DNA of 64,000 nt, from the NCBI GenBank assembly GCA_951406725.2, contig OX597821.1, positions 372,001-436,000 on the forward strand, written 5' to 3'. The DNA comes from Octopus vulgaris (taxonomy: Eukaryota). Every line of letters begins with the position of its first letter. The stretch's first letter is position 1. Under the pieces are notes generated by a model, which saw nothing but the letters and a program-made list of their open reading frames with translations, searched no databases and had not been told where the DNA came from. Shown here piece by piece: positions 50,322 to 63,155 of this stretch. The position numbers and the translations under genes are program-made.

Positions 50322-52401
50322 CAATAAAGATTCTTGTATCTTCCATCTTCTGTCTTCTCATTAATTACATTATATATATATATATAAAATATCAAATACA
50401 GCATATGTTATACTATAAATTATTATACAGTGTATTATTTATTGCTGCAAGAGCAAAAGAAGAAAAAAGAAAAAGAGACCTCAGAAATCTCACTGAATTA
50501 GTGATCTTAATGCTAGAAGCATTCAACAAGTTTGAATGTATGTAGAAAGAGGATGGTGGACGTATACATAAGTTACAAAATAGAGTAAAGAAAAAAACAA
50601 ACAAACAAACTAAAAAGACACAAAAGCCTATAATTAATTAATAATTAATAATGGAATCAAGAGATATTGTTTCAAGCAGGAGCCCTGTCTTAGAGAATAC
50701 AGACAAGTCAAAATGACATGCACAGTAAAACCAGACAACATACCCATATTATAATATTATACATAGATCTTGGTTAAAGAATGCCCTGCTTTCTCTACTT
50801 CTTTCTCCTTCTATCTTCCTCCCCAGACACTCTCTCTTTCCTTAACAGCAACGGAATGGAAATTCCTTTGTTTCCTAAACACTGATATTTAGATTCAATG
50901 ATGCCTCAATACCACACTGACATTTAATTATGGAAGCAGTCTCCTGTTAATAAATTTTCCTTTTCGTTTTCTTCCTTTCTGCTTCTTCTTTTTCATTTTT
51001 GTATCTGTTTCTTTTCTTCCTCTTAAGATGGCTCAGAGCATCTTTTGGAAATATCAAAAGTTGTGTCTGTATATCAATAAACACTCAAAGACTGTTCAGA
51101 AATAATTCTTGCTGTCTCGAGCCGATTCCTAAAAGGTTACAAACAGAACTTTCATATTTGGATCTTGTCTCGTGCAGATTATTTGTGCAAATGAATTAAC
51201 AACAATTCGTTAAGAACCAAATAATCTTCAACGATGAAATCGAAAAGTGAATAACAAATGCCACAGAGAATTAGACAATGGTCTTACAGAGAGCCATCAA
51301 ATGTCACCACTTCCCCTTTCCTTTTGCATTATAATCTAGTCTAATTATAATTAGAATGTTCTCATCCTCATCATTTAACAACTTTTTTTTTCATGCTGGC
51401 ATGGGTTAGATGGTTTGACAGGAACTGACTAGTTAGAGGAGCTGCACTGAGCTCCGATGTCTGCTTTGGCATGGTTTCTACACTAGGATGCCCTTCCTAA
51501 CACCAACTACTTTACTAAATGTACTGGGTGTTTTTTCTTCTTTTTTTTTGTGGCACCAGCACCAGTGAGGTTGCCAAGTACTCACAGGACAAGAGTCTTC
51601 AGTTGAGTGGGATAAAGTACTGAAGGAAGAGAAAGTATGATAGAGGGATGGAAACAGATGTCTTACTAAAGAGGAACATACATGACATTCTCAGCTGAAA
51701 AGAAAGAGATGGTGAGGGCATATTCTTAAATGAAGAATTATCTCTTTAATTCAGATATAGATGTTTTGTGTTTAACCATGAGATCAGACTAAAGATCAAA
51801 AGCAATCTAACCATGACTCTTCTACCTTTATTTTCTAAGCAGTGCAATACATTCTCCTTTAAGTCCTGTTATTATTTGAGAGGATTTTTAGCTACTATTT
51901 CTTGCTGATTGAGCAACAAGATAGACTCTCCTTTATTCACTTGTGGACACTGCAGAGAAATAGCAACCAAATCAACTTTAAATCACATGAATGAAGGGTA
52001 CATTCATTGGTCAGTGTTGTCCAAGACAGTAAAAAAGGGGGTAGTCATCTTTGCAAGACCTTTGATTATAGACTTATAGGATCAGGGCTGACCTGGGATT
52101 AAACAACATCACAGCAACTTCTTTACTCTGAATCTAGTGAACCAGCAAGAGACCCTTTATGTGGTTATTCAACCTGGTTTATATATCGAGCCTGGATCGA
52201 AAGTGAGAAAGCAAAATTGGCATTGACAGGATTTGAACCCGGAACCCAAGAGATTAATTGACTACTACAAATTGTTTCATTTAATGTTTTATTAACATTG
52301 ACAATTTACTGTTCTAATCAAGCTGGATCAAATTTGACCAAAGGTTAATAATCAACTGCTACAACCATACAACCATTACATACACACACACTCACAATAT
52401 A

Positions 52402-52465
<64 letters not shown>

Positions 52466-52845
52466 AAATGAACTTATTGTATATAATGCTCAGGTGCACT
52501 GCAATCCATCAGAAAAAATAACCCAAACTGCATGAACAGTAGATAAAATATGCATAAAAAATGAACAGTGAATAAGTCTACAAGAAAAACCAAAAACAAA
52601 ATAAAAATCGAGGAGACAGGTGGGATTTAAACTGAGACCATAGAGAGCCAGACGATTTACCATAAAGCCATTCTGCTGACGTGCCAGTGATTCTGCTACT
52701 TTCCAACATGTAGAGCAATGTGAAATGAAGTGTTTTGCTCAAGAACAGAGCAACACACTGCCCAGTCTGAGAACTGAACCCATGATTAAGTGATCATGAG
52801 TCCAATATCCTTACCACTAGGCCACAAACCTTCACTCACACACAG

Positions 52846-52917
<72 letters not shown>

Positions 52918-53722
52918 CTATGTGATATATATATATATATATAAGGATATGGTCTACCAGTAGAGGTGCTGGTAAATGTGTGTGCATGGGGGTGGTGACA
53001 TTTTATGACCCATCCATGCCCACCCACCACAGCACTGTTCACTATGAGATTCAGCTTCACTACATCTAACCCTAGCAGAAAAACAGGTTTTGCCCTCATA
53101 TTCTCACTCTTTTTCTTTTCTTCTTTTTTCTTTCGTTTTTTAAAAAGAAAAAAAGTTGTAGTGTGTGAGATGGAGTGCAAATGAATAGTTATTGGTGTAT
53201 TTGTAAACACACCTGCTGTAAAAGTTCATGCAGGAGACAGAATTTTGAAAAGCAGTTAAGTTCACGCTGGCATGAAGAAAATGGATAATGAAATATAAAA
53301 ATAGGACGGGCAGGTGGGGGGTAGAGGGAGGAGGAGGAGGAGGAGCAGATGTAAGAGGAAAATCCAACAGCAATGAATACAATGTGTGTGTATGTATGTG
53401 TGTGCATGTGTGTGTGTGTATATATACATATATATAAGTGCATGCGTATTTGTATACATGATATATCTATGTAAAAATATGTATGTGTGAGCATATATAT
53501 ATATATATATAAATTGAGTTTATATATATATATATATGTATGTATGTATGTATATATATATGATTTAATGCATGGGAGATGCTCAACTCACGTTAAAGTA
53601 CCAACACATAACAAAAATTTGCTTATTTAGTTGATGGCAGAAGACTAGTGATGTTTCTTTCGAAATCCCAAGAAATATCTATCTATACACACACACATAC
53701 ATGTGTGTATATACCTGCGTGC

Positions 53723-53759
<37 letters not shown>

Positions 53760-53845
53760 TACAACATATGACCACATTGACACATAAGATCAGGAAAATA
53801 ATACCAATACACACCAGATAACTGCGCATGTATATATGTGAGCAT

Positions 53846-53930
53846 GTTAATATGTATGTAGAGTTAATATGTATGTAGAGTTAATATGTATGTAGAGTTA
53901 ATATGTATGTAGAGTTAATATGTATGTAGA
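53846..53930. repeat. Minisatellite (gttaatatgtatgtaga) x5, 17-bp unit
   Basis: Five exact copies. Confidence 0.95.
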
Positions 53931-53972
53931 GTGCATGTGTGTACTAAATAAAAGATGCCAATGGCAGGGACT

Positions 53973-54020
<48 letters not shown>

Positions 54021-55282
54021 AACCAAGCAAATAAACAGAAACGTTCCATGGAATCAATAACGGCTGAGAGCTTGTATCTGGAATTATTTTTATATCAACA
54101 TGAAATTAAATTAACCTTCTTCTACCTTATACTTTATTTTCACCACCTCTACCACCACCACAACCACTATACGACTTCTATTACTATCACTGCAACCACC
54201 ACCACCACCACCACCACCACCACCACCACTACCATAACCATCGCTACCATTTCGAATATCTCTGACATCATCATCATCCATCCCTGCATCTTACCACCAG
54301 CTCGAACATCCCTACAGAGGCCAATAACACCTTGACCGTCACCACCACCACCACCACCTTCATTGTTGCTGTAGCTACAACTGTTTCCTCAACCACTTCC
54401 CCACTACCACAAATACTACCACTATGTTCACGACCATATACAACCCATAACCACAAACATAATAGACATCATCACCACCTTCAGTACTTTCACCACCACC
54501 ACCACCATTACCATCACCATTCTGAACATTACCCCGCCACCACCACGGACCCTGTAGCAATCTCTTTCCTAGATACCAACTTAATAGATCTCCTCAAACC
54601 ACTACCCCACCTCTCCTTCCCCCCTCTCTCTCTTCCAGTCTTCTATTTCTCTTGCTCTTTTAAATCCCTGTAATTATTATTTCCCATTTACACACACATA
54701 CACACACACATGCATACGCATACACCTATGTATACACACACAAACACACAAAGAAATACACACACATGCATATCTACCTACCTACCTACCTATCTATCTG
54801 TCTATCAACCTATCTCTCTCTCTCTTTATCTAACCCTATCTACCTATATATCTATCACCATTAAACACCCACTTATCCATACTTGCATGTATCAGATGGA
54901 ACTTCTCGAAGCAAATTTTCTACAGCTTGATGCCCTTCCTGTCACTAACCCTCACCTGTTTCCAAGCAAGGTAATATTTCCCCATGGCCAGACGAATTTC
55001 ATGATGGACACTGACACATTACATGCACGATATCCATTATGTACCTACATAAACACATGGTTTAAATTAAAATGCAGAGCAAATAGAGAAAGAAGAAAGA
55101 TAGGCAGCAGGATAAGACCAGTGTTCAGTGTAAATTGTGATTATATAATGGATGCTAACATTCTATTAACTTAATAGAATCACAAACCAGTAAATATAAC
55201 ACTGAGATATAACTTCCTTCAGACACGTTTATAATAACATTCTCTCCATATCTCATCTCCACATCTCATTCCATTTTCTTTC

Positions 55283-55316
<34 letters not shown>

Positions 55317-55661
55317 GTATATATATGTATATATATGAATTTGTGTATGCTTATGCATGGACGTATGTATGAATATGCTTGTTTGTGTCTTTATGCAACT
55401 ATGTGTAAAATGCAAAATATATGATCCTCAGCAAGACCTATGTTTAAGTGTGTATGTGTGTGGGGTGGAAGTCAACTTGTGACCACATAAAACCACTCCT
55501 TAAACTTGATATGTCCGTAGATACATTCCAAGAGTCCAAAGAATTTCCTGAGCATAAATTTGTTTTGAGTGGATAAAATGTTGTACATTACTACTATATA
55601 TATATATATATATAAGTGCTATACAACACTAGACACTATATATGAATTATATATATATATT

Positions 55662-55856
55662 CTTTTCCTGGTTTCAGTCTTTTGACTGTGGCCATGCTGG
55701 AGCACTGCCTTTAGTCGAACAAATTGATCCCAAGACTTATTCTCTGTAAGCCTAGTACTTATTCTATCGGTTTCTTTTGCCAAACCACTAAGTTACGGAG
55801 ACGTGAGCACACCAACATCAGTTGTCAAGCGATGGTGAGGGGAACAAAGACAGACA

Positions 55857-55920
<64 letters not shown>

Positions 55921-56085
55921 CACAACAGGATTCTTTTAGTTTCTGCCTACCAAATCCACTCACAATGCTTTGGTCGACCCAAGGTTATAGTAGAAGACAC
56001 TTGCCCAAGGTGTCACACAGTGGGACCGAACCCAGAACTATGTGGTTGGGAAGCAAGCTTCTTACCACACAGCCATGCCTGTGCC
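55662..56085 (-). mobile_element. SINE family B copy
   Basis: Full-length reverse complement of the family B pattern. Confidence 0.85.
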
Positions 56086-56266
56086 TATATGTTTTAATAT
56101 TTTGCTTAGGTGCAGCAACACTAATAACCTGGTGTCAAGACTCAATATACATATGCTTCAAAAAACAAAAAAAGTAGTCAAGGTCAGAATGTAACAAAAG
56201 ATTATAGAAATGACAAGGGAACTAGAAACGATAACATTATTTCTTGTGCCCTCGTCATTTCTATAA

Positions 56267-56580
56267 CTGGCACTCTGTCAGTTATGATGACAAGGGTTCC
56301 AACTGATCCGATCAATAGAACAGCCTGCTCATGAAATTAACATGCAAGTGGCTGAGCACTCCATAAACATGTGTACCCTTAATGTAGTTCTCAGGGAGAT
56401 TTGGAGTGACAAAGAGTGTGACAAGGCTGGCCCTTTGAAGTTCAGGTACTAGTCATTTTTGCCAGCCAATTGGATTGGAGCAATGTGAAATACAGTATCT
56501 TGCTCAAGGACACAACATGTTGCTGGGAATTGAACTCATGACCATCAGCTGAATACTTTAACCACTAAGCCACATGCCTT

Positions 56581-56583
<3 letters not shown>
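56267..56583 (-). mobile_element. tRNA-derived SINE, a further family
   Basis: The minus strand starts gaaggcatgtggcttagtggttaa..gagttcaattccc..gtgtccttgagcaag. Confidence 0.7.
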
Positions 56584-56631
<48 letters not shown>

Positions 56632-56639
56632 CTCTCTCT

Positions 56640-56950
56640 GTTTCCTCATGTTTCTTTCTGTTAAAGAGCATAGGCTCAAAACGTAAAAGACTTTCTCACC
56701 TTCATGAGCGTTAAACTAATACATTTGCTTGTTGTTTATACACCTGTCTTCATCTTTTATTTTTCTGTAAATTTCAACTATATATATATATATATAGGGA
56801 GAATACATACACAGAAAAACAAAAGATGAAGACAGGTGGTGTAGACAACAAACAGATGTATTAGTTTAATGCTCGGGAAGTGAAAAAGTCATTAACGTTT
56901 TGAGCCTATGCTCTTCCACAGAAAGGAACACAGATAGAAACACGGAGAGA
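56640..56950. mobile_element. Inverted pair of a short hammerhead-remnant repeat around a (TA)n tract
   Basis: aagagcataggctcaaaacgt..aaactaatacat.tg.ttgttgt..cacctgtcttcatctttt (56640-56780) is mirrored at 56815-56950. Confidence 0.7.
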
Positions 56951-57039
56951 AAATAAAGAATGTGTAGTGGCTAGTAATCTATCATGAAAGCTGGACAGAA
57001 GGGTCACACAGGAGAGTTAGGCAGAAGGGGAGATGTATG

Positions 57040-57078
<39 letters not shown>

Positions 57079-57079
<1 letters not shown>

Positions 57080-57720
57080 ATGTAAAGTATAAAAGCCATC
57101 TCAATATGGCTAACCACAAAGTGGGGGGGTGTTACTGTAGCTTTTTAGCCCCAGGAGATCATCGTCTCCAGCTGGCTTTAGACACACTTTCTGTGCCCTT
57201 GAAGTATTTGCAAAGGGAGGCCATCCCTTCCTCGTAAGCCTGAGTGATACACACGGACCGGTTTCGAGATTATTGTCTCTTATCAACGGGCGGTAACCAC
57301 CAGGTCACGATGAAAGACAAGGCCTGCTTTGCAAATATATAAGAGTTTTTCTAGTGACGTCTGCCACTGATTTCGAAAAACTGACTGAAAGCATTATTAA
57401 ATCTCTGAACGAGATGTAAACAGTAATTGCTCAACAATGTAAAGTATAAAAGCCATCTCAATATGGCTAACCACAAAGTGGGGGTGTTACTGTAGCTTTT
57501 TAGCCCCAGGAGATCATCGTCTCAAGGGCACAGAAAGTGTGTCTAAAGCCAGCTGGAGACGATGATCTCCTGGGGCTAAAAAGCTACAGTAACACCCCCA
57601 TCCTTTGTGGTTAGCCATATTGAGATGGCTTTTATACTTTACATTGTCAAGTGAAACTTTGTAAAGCTAAGTGCCTCATGGACGTGAAACCCAGGCTAAC
57701 CCCAGAGACCAGCTCATGTA
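57079..57720. mobile_element. Penelope-type pLTR remnant with a direct repeat (57079-57202, 57436-57522) plus an inverted copy (57522-57645)
   Basis: aatgtaaagtataaaagccatctcaatatggctaaccacaaag...ggagatcatcgtct occurs twice forward and once reversed, with a hammerhead remnant between the direct copies and (TA)n flanks. A related diverged fragment lies at about 36045-36120. Confidence 0.8.
57253..57290 (-). ncRNA. Degenerate hammerhead motif (core TTGATAA)
   Basis: Minus strand reads cccg-TTGATAA-gaga caataa tctc-GAAAC-cg-GTC-cgtg. Two core substitutions, so probably inactive. Confidence 0.5.
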
Positions 57721-57963
57721 TCTTTATATATATATATGCCTTTGGTGCCAATGGTTTTTTATTATATGGCGTCGTATTTTACAATCCTGTAAATAACAAT
57801 AATGGTATTTTTAATTAAGCTTAAAGATTATAGCGATCACTGTGCAATGACTAAGGAAAATAGTCTAATAAAGGGGCAGAGAAGCTCTCGACAGAAAAAC
57901 AAGGCTTTCCTATCCACGTGGGACTTGAACCCTTTGTTAACACGACTGTGTTTAACAATCGGC

Positions 57964-58370
57964 ATACTAACTTGTGTTATCAAATATATTGTAAGATATT
58001 TAATTAATTTCTATGTGGTTATCATAGATGATATATTTTCACTATTGATGAAATAACTAAACAGAGGTTTATCTCTAAATTCTATATATATATATACATA
58101 CAAGTAATGAGGATTTAATTTCCTTCTAAAGGATTATTTATAATAATCTGGATACTAACTTGTGTTATCAAATATATTGTAAGATATTTAATTAATTTCT
58201 ATGTGGTTATCATAGATGATATATTTTCACTATTGATGAAATAACTAAACAGAGGTTTATCTCTAAATTCTATATATATATATACATACAAGTAATGAGG
58301 ATTTAATTTCCTTCTAAAGGATTATTTATAATAATCTGGATACTAACTTGTGTTATCAAATATATTGCAA
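57964..58370. repeat. Perfect tandem repeat, 188-bp unit, about 2.15 copies
   Basis: atactaacttgtgttatcaaatatattg starts at 57964, 58152 and 58340; the units are identical by eye. Confidence 0.92.
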
Positions 58371-58682
58371 GAAAGTTCCACGATATATATGTATAAACAG
58401 TCCAATAATGTGTAAAGTTAATAAAAGAAAATGGAGAAGAAAAAGTTTATTGGATACTTGGTTAAATTTATTTGTATCACAATGAAAAAGTAATACATAT
58501 AAGATTCAGAATATATTAGACCACAGCAGCATATTCCATATTCCATCAATTAAACTTTTCCATATAAAATACATTTTAAATCCATGAGATTAGCGTGCTT
58601 ATTTATTACAACAATGATACATATACATGTGTATACATAAATACACATACACATGCATACACATACCAGTCAGTTTTTTTTT

Positions 58683-59085
58683 TACCTGTTTCAGTCATGT
58701 GACTGTGGCCATGCTGGAGCACCACCTTTAGTTGAGCAAATCGATCCCAGGACTTATTCTTTGTAAGCCTAGTACTTATTCTATCGGTCTCTTTTGCTAA
58801 ACCACTAAGTTACGAGGACGTAAACACACCAGCATCAGTTGTCAAGCGATGTTGGGGGGACAAACACGGACACACAAACATATACACACACACTCACACA
58901 TGCATATATATATATATATATATATGTATACATATATATACGATGGGCTTCTTTCAGTTTCTGTCTACCAAATACACTCACGTCTTTGGTTGGCCTGAGG
59001 TTATAGTAGAAAACACTAGTCCAAGGTGCCATGCAGTGGGACTGAACCTGGAACCATGTGGTTCATAAGTAATCTACTTACCACA
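58683..59085 (-). mobile_element. SINE family B copy
   Basis: Full-length reverse complement of the family B pattern. Confidence 0.85.
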
Positions 59086-60810
59086 AGTTCATAATTTGAA
59101 CAGAAAGAGCATACTCTAAAAATGTCTACTCAGAAAGTTACCATTGGTCTCATGTCTATTATTGTTCTTAGCAATATAGGTGACCTGACAGAGGCACGTA
59201 ACCAAAGAACTAATGAAGGTAAGAATGCATAAACTGACCCCTTTTTGGACACAGCTGGAGCCAGTTGAAGGGAGATAATTCCTTCTCTTCCGGAAAGGTT
59301 TACGCTTTGAAGAATTTCTTTTCAGGGTTTTTTTTTTCACCACCATGCTGACCAAAGCTGGTGATGATGGTGGTGATGATGTTATTAATGCTGATACTAG
59401 TGATGGTGGTGGTAGTGATTGTGGTGATGTTACTAGTGGTGATAGTAGAAAAAATGTTGATGATGATGATGGTGATGCTAGGCTGGATAATTGTGATGGC
59501 GATGGGGGTGTGGTAATGATAATGGTGATGATGATAACAAAATGATGGTGATCTTCATAACTATGTTGATTATACAAACGAGGAGGAGCATCATCATCAT
59601 CATCATCGGCACCAACATAATAACTATCAGAAATCATTAATATCAACACCCCCAACCCCTTCCCACTGGCCCTCTCCCTCTCCCTTTCACTCCACCATTC
59701 CCCTCACCATCATCCTTATCTTTTAGCTTTGTTTGGTCAATTTTAATTTTTAATTTATTATATCAACATTTCACACCAAACTAATTAACAAAGCCTTATT
59801 AATTGCCAACAAAACGACTTGGTCTTGTTTGGTTTCAGTTTTATAACATTATATGAATATGTGTTTTATGAGTGTATCTGATCTGTCTACATGTATCTGT
59901 GTGTGTGTGTGTGTGTGCGCACGTGTGTGTGTATGTGTATCTCAAAGCAAATGCATGTATGTGTGTACGTATATCTGCATCTCTATGGCACAAGGTCAGT
60001 GGGTCACCGTGGTCCAAATCAGTTATGATTCAGAGTTACCATTCCCCTAGAATGCTTAGAAAACCACATCTAACTTTCATACGTTTCATTTTTGCATGGC
60101 TTCAATGGTTGTATGCCCTTCTTAACACCTACCACATTATGGAGTATAGTGGACCCCTTTTTTCACAATAAATAGTCAACAGAGGAATCTAATGTTGTTT
60201 GTAAGAGAAAATACTTTGCAGGTACAGACATATAATGTGGGGGTGGTGTGGGGAAGAAGTGCTAAGACATCCAAGTAGAAGGAGCTTGTAAAAGAGGAAG
60301 ATGACCAGGTCAGAAGTGATGAAAACTGGTCTCAGTATTTTGAATTTCATGTACTACTTGCACAGGTGGTGCCCTTATGGCCAACAGGTTCAACATGTTC
60401 ACAGTCAAAGATCAGCCCTTATGTTCTAGCAGGTAACGTAATACTTTTGCCTGCAGTCCAGAAAATCCAGCTTGCAAATTTGACAAATGTGCCCCACCAG
60501 GAGGTGAAATGCGTAGTGGTATTTTGTTTGCCACTACGTTTTGAGTTCAAATTCCACCATGGTTGACTTTGCCTTTTGGGGTTGATTAAATAAGTACCAG
60601 TTATTGACTTTGTCCTTTTTTGTCCCCTCAATGTTTAGCCCCCGGTGGGCAATAAAGAAATAAATATGTACGGAGCTTCAGTTGGAATACAAGTTCACAT
60701 GAGGTCCCCAGTCACACACTTTGGGAACCATGTGGTTGTTAAGCTAGTTACTTACCACACAGCCAACCATCGTATGATGTCAAGGCTAAGAGGCATAAAC
60801 ACATGCACAC

Positions 60811-61170
60811 TCTTACTTGTTTCAGTCATTTGACTGTGGCCATGCTGGAGCACCACTTATAGTCGAACAAATCTTATTCTTTGTAAGAATAAGACTTATT
60901 CTTTGTAAGCCTACTACTTATTCTATTGGTCTCTTTTGCCAAAGTGCTACATGACACAAATAACACACACACATATGCTATGGGCTTCTTTCAGTTTCCG
61001 TCTACCAAATCCACTCACAAAGCTTTGGTTAGCTTGAGGCTATAGAAGAGGACACTTGCCCAAGGTGCCACGCAGTGGGACTGAACATAGAACCATGTTC
61101 AACATGTTCACAGTCAAAGAACCATGTGGCTGGAAAGCAAGCTTCTTACCACACAGCCACTCCTGCGCCT
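60811..61170 (-). mobile_element. SINE family B copy
   Basis: Reverse complement of the family B pattern with an internal deletion. Confidence 0.8.
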
Positions 61171-61834
61171 ATGTATACACACATAATATATATCTATATA
61201 TATACATACATATGCAATGACCTACCTTCATTCAGTTTCTGTCTACTAAATCCACTCACAAGGCTTTGCTCAGCCGAAAGTCATAGAACACATCTGTGCA
61301 GAGTGATAGAACCATGAGGTTGTGATGCCAACTTCTTAACCATACAGGCAGGCATCTACACACACAGACAGGTCTTAGATAGAACACATTATCAGTAATA
61401 TAGACAGTATATATAGAACCATTGTAGCCCATTGTTACACCTAGATAAAAAATCAGTACATGGTCACTTGACCTGCTAGAAATAGCAACCAAATCTCCCT
61501 CCGATATCATGTAACTATCTTATAATAAAAAACAGAATAAAAAAAAACAGGAAAAGGAAACGCACATCAAATAATATATTCCTAGATACACCGTATGAAA
61601 CAAAAAAAAAAAAGACATAGAAGAGAGCATGGTCTTAAATGGAAAGCTTTTGATCATAGGTCCAACTTTATGAGGATTGGCATAGGCCTAAAAAACAACA
61701 ACAACAGCAACATTTCAATCTTCACTGTGATCTAACACTGCCAAATTTTTTTTTTCTTTTTTCAGTGAGGGACCTGTCTAATTATGGATTAAAACCTTTT
61801 AGACAGAGAACTTGGCTCGGATCCTGCCAATAAC

Positions 61835-61881
<47 letters not shown>

Positions 61882-62223
61882 TAATAATAATAATAATAAT
61901 AATAACAACATTGATGATTATGAAGATGGGTAATTTATCAATGCAGGGTAATGTAAGCAAATGATGAAGAGGAGCGAGAGAAGGAAACAAAAGAAAAATA
62001 AAGGTGTTTGTTGTGTTTAAGTAGATGAAAGTGTTGATGTTAACAAACATTAGACAACAACCATCATCACCACCACCACCATTACCATTACCATCACTTG
62101 GACAATAAGTCCTCTCAAGATGATGATGATCATCATTATTCTCATCTCCCTTCCCCTCTTCCTCATCTGCATCTTTACAGACGATTCCATTGTTGCAATT
62201 TGAATATCTGTGCATAAGTCAGT

Positions 62224-62254
<31 letters not shown>

Positions 62255-62641
62255 TATGCACGCAGATGTATGCTCTGGTCGGCTGAAAAGCAACCAACCA
62301 GACACAATACAGGAGAGGAAATTCTGGAGACAAGTGGCTGATGGTGTTTGTCTAGGGATGATGTGGTAGTTACGTATGTATATACACACGTACATACATA
62401 TTAATTTTAGGTATTTCTCCTTGCAGATAAACTTTATAAACAAAGTACAGAGAACTCAATACCTTTGATAGGGTAAATTGTATTACAGCCCTTCAAGCCA
62501 TTCTCTCTATTTTCTCTCTTCACACACTGCTGCACACATATGTATGTGTTGTATTGATATACTTAGACATTTGAATATATATACTGGGATGTATTGATAC
62601 TTGTGGTGCATTATCAATTTGTATGAGTGAATGTATGTGTT

Positions 62642-62692
<51 letters not shown>

Positions 62693-62956
62693 GCATGCAA
62701 ATATGTAGATATGTACTTATATATGAATAAATACTTGTGTGTGTTTTATTTATCTGTGTGTATAGGTATGTCACGTGTATGTGTTTACATTGGCAGCAAT
62801 GATTACATGAGTATATATATTCAAATCTTTGTGTATAGAAAGCACACGTACACACACACATTTGTACATACACAGACTAATATGAGTCTGTGAGATAGTG
62901 TATGCTCCCTACCTAATTATAACACTCTCTTTGTGTGTGTGTGTATGTATGTATAA

Positions 62957-63004
<48 letters not shown>

Positions 63005-63113
63005 CATACAAAATGGGACAAGAACGTACATACACACACATATATCTATATATATGTGTGTCCGTGTATATATGTATATCTGTGGGCAATAAAGAAATAT
63101 ATGTGTGTGTGTA

Positions 63114-63155
<42 letters not shown>

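Noticed and set aside
59116-59655. 179-aa ORF with a basic stretch (KKKTLKRNSSKRKPFRKRR)
   Set aside because: Mostly (CAT)/(CAC) low-complexity sequence, with no CELF similarity and no convincing splice sites.
60419-60631. FVKFA motif resembling the CELF VVKFAD exon
   Set aside because: The context is wrong (WGTFVKFASW), it lies upstream rather than downstream of the RRM2 exons, and it adjoins SINE sequence.
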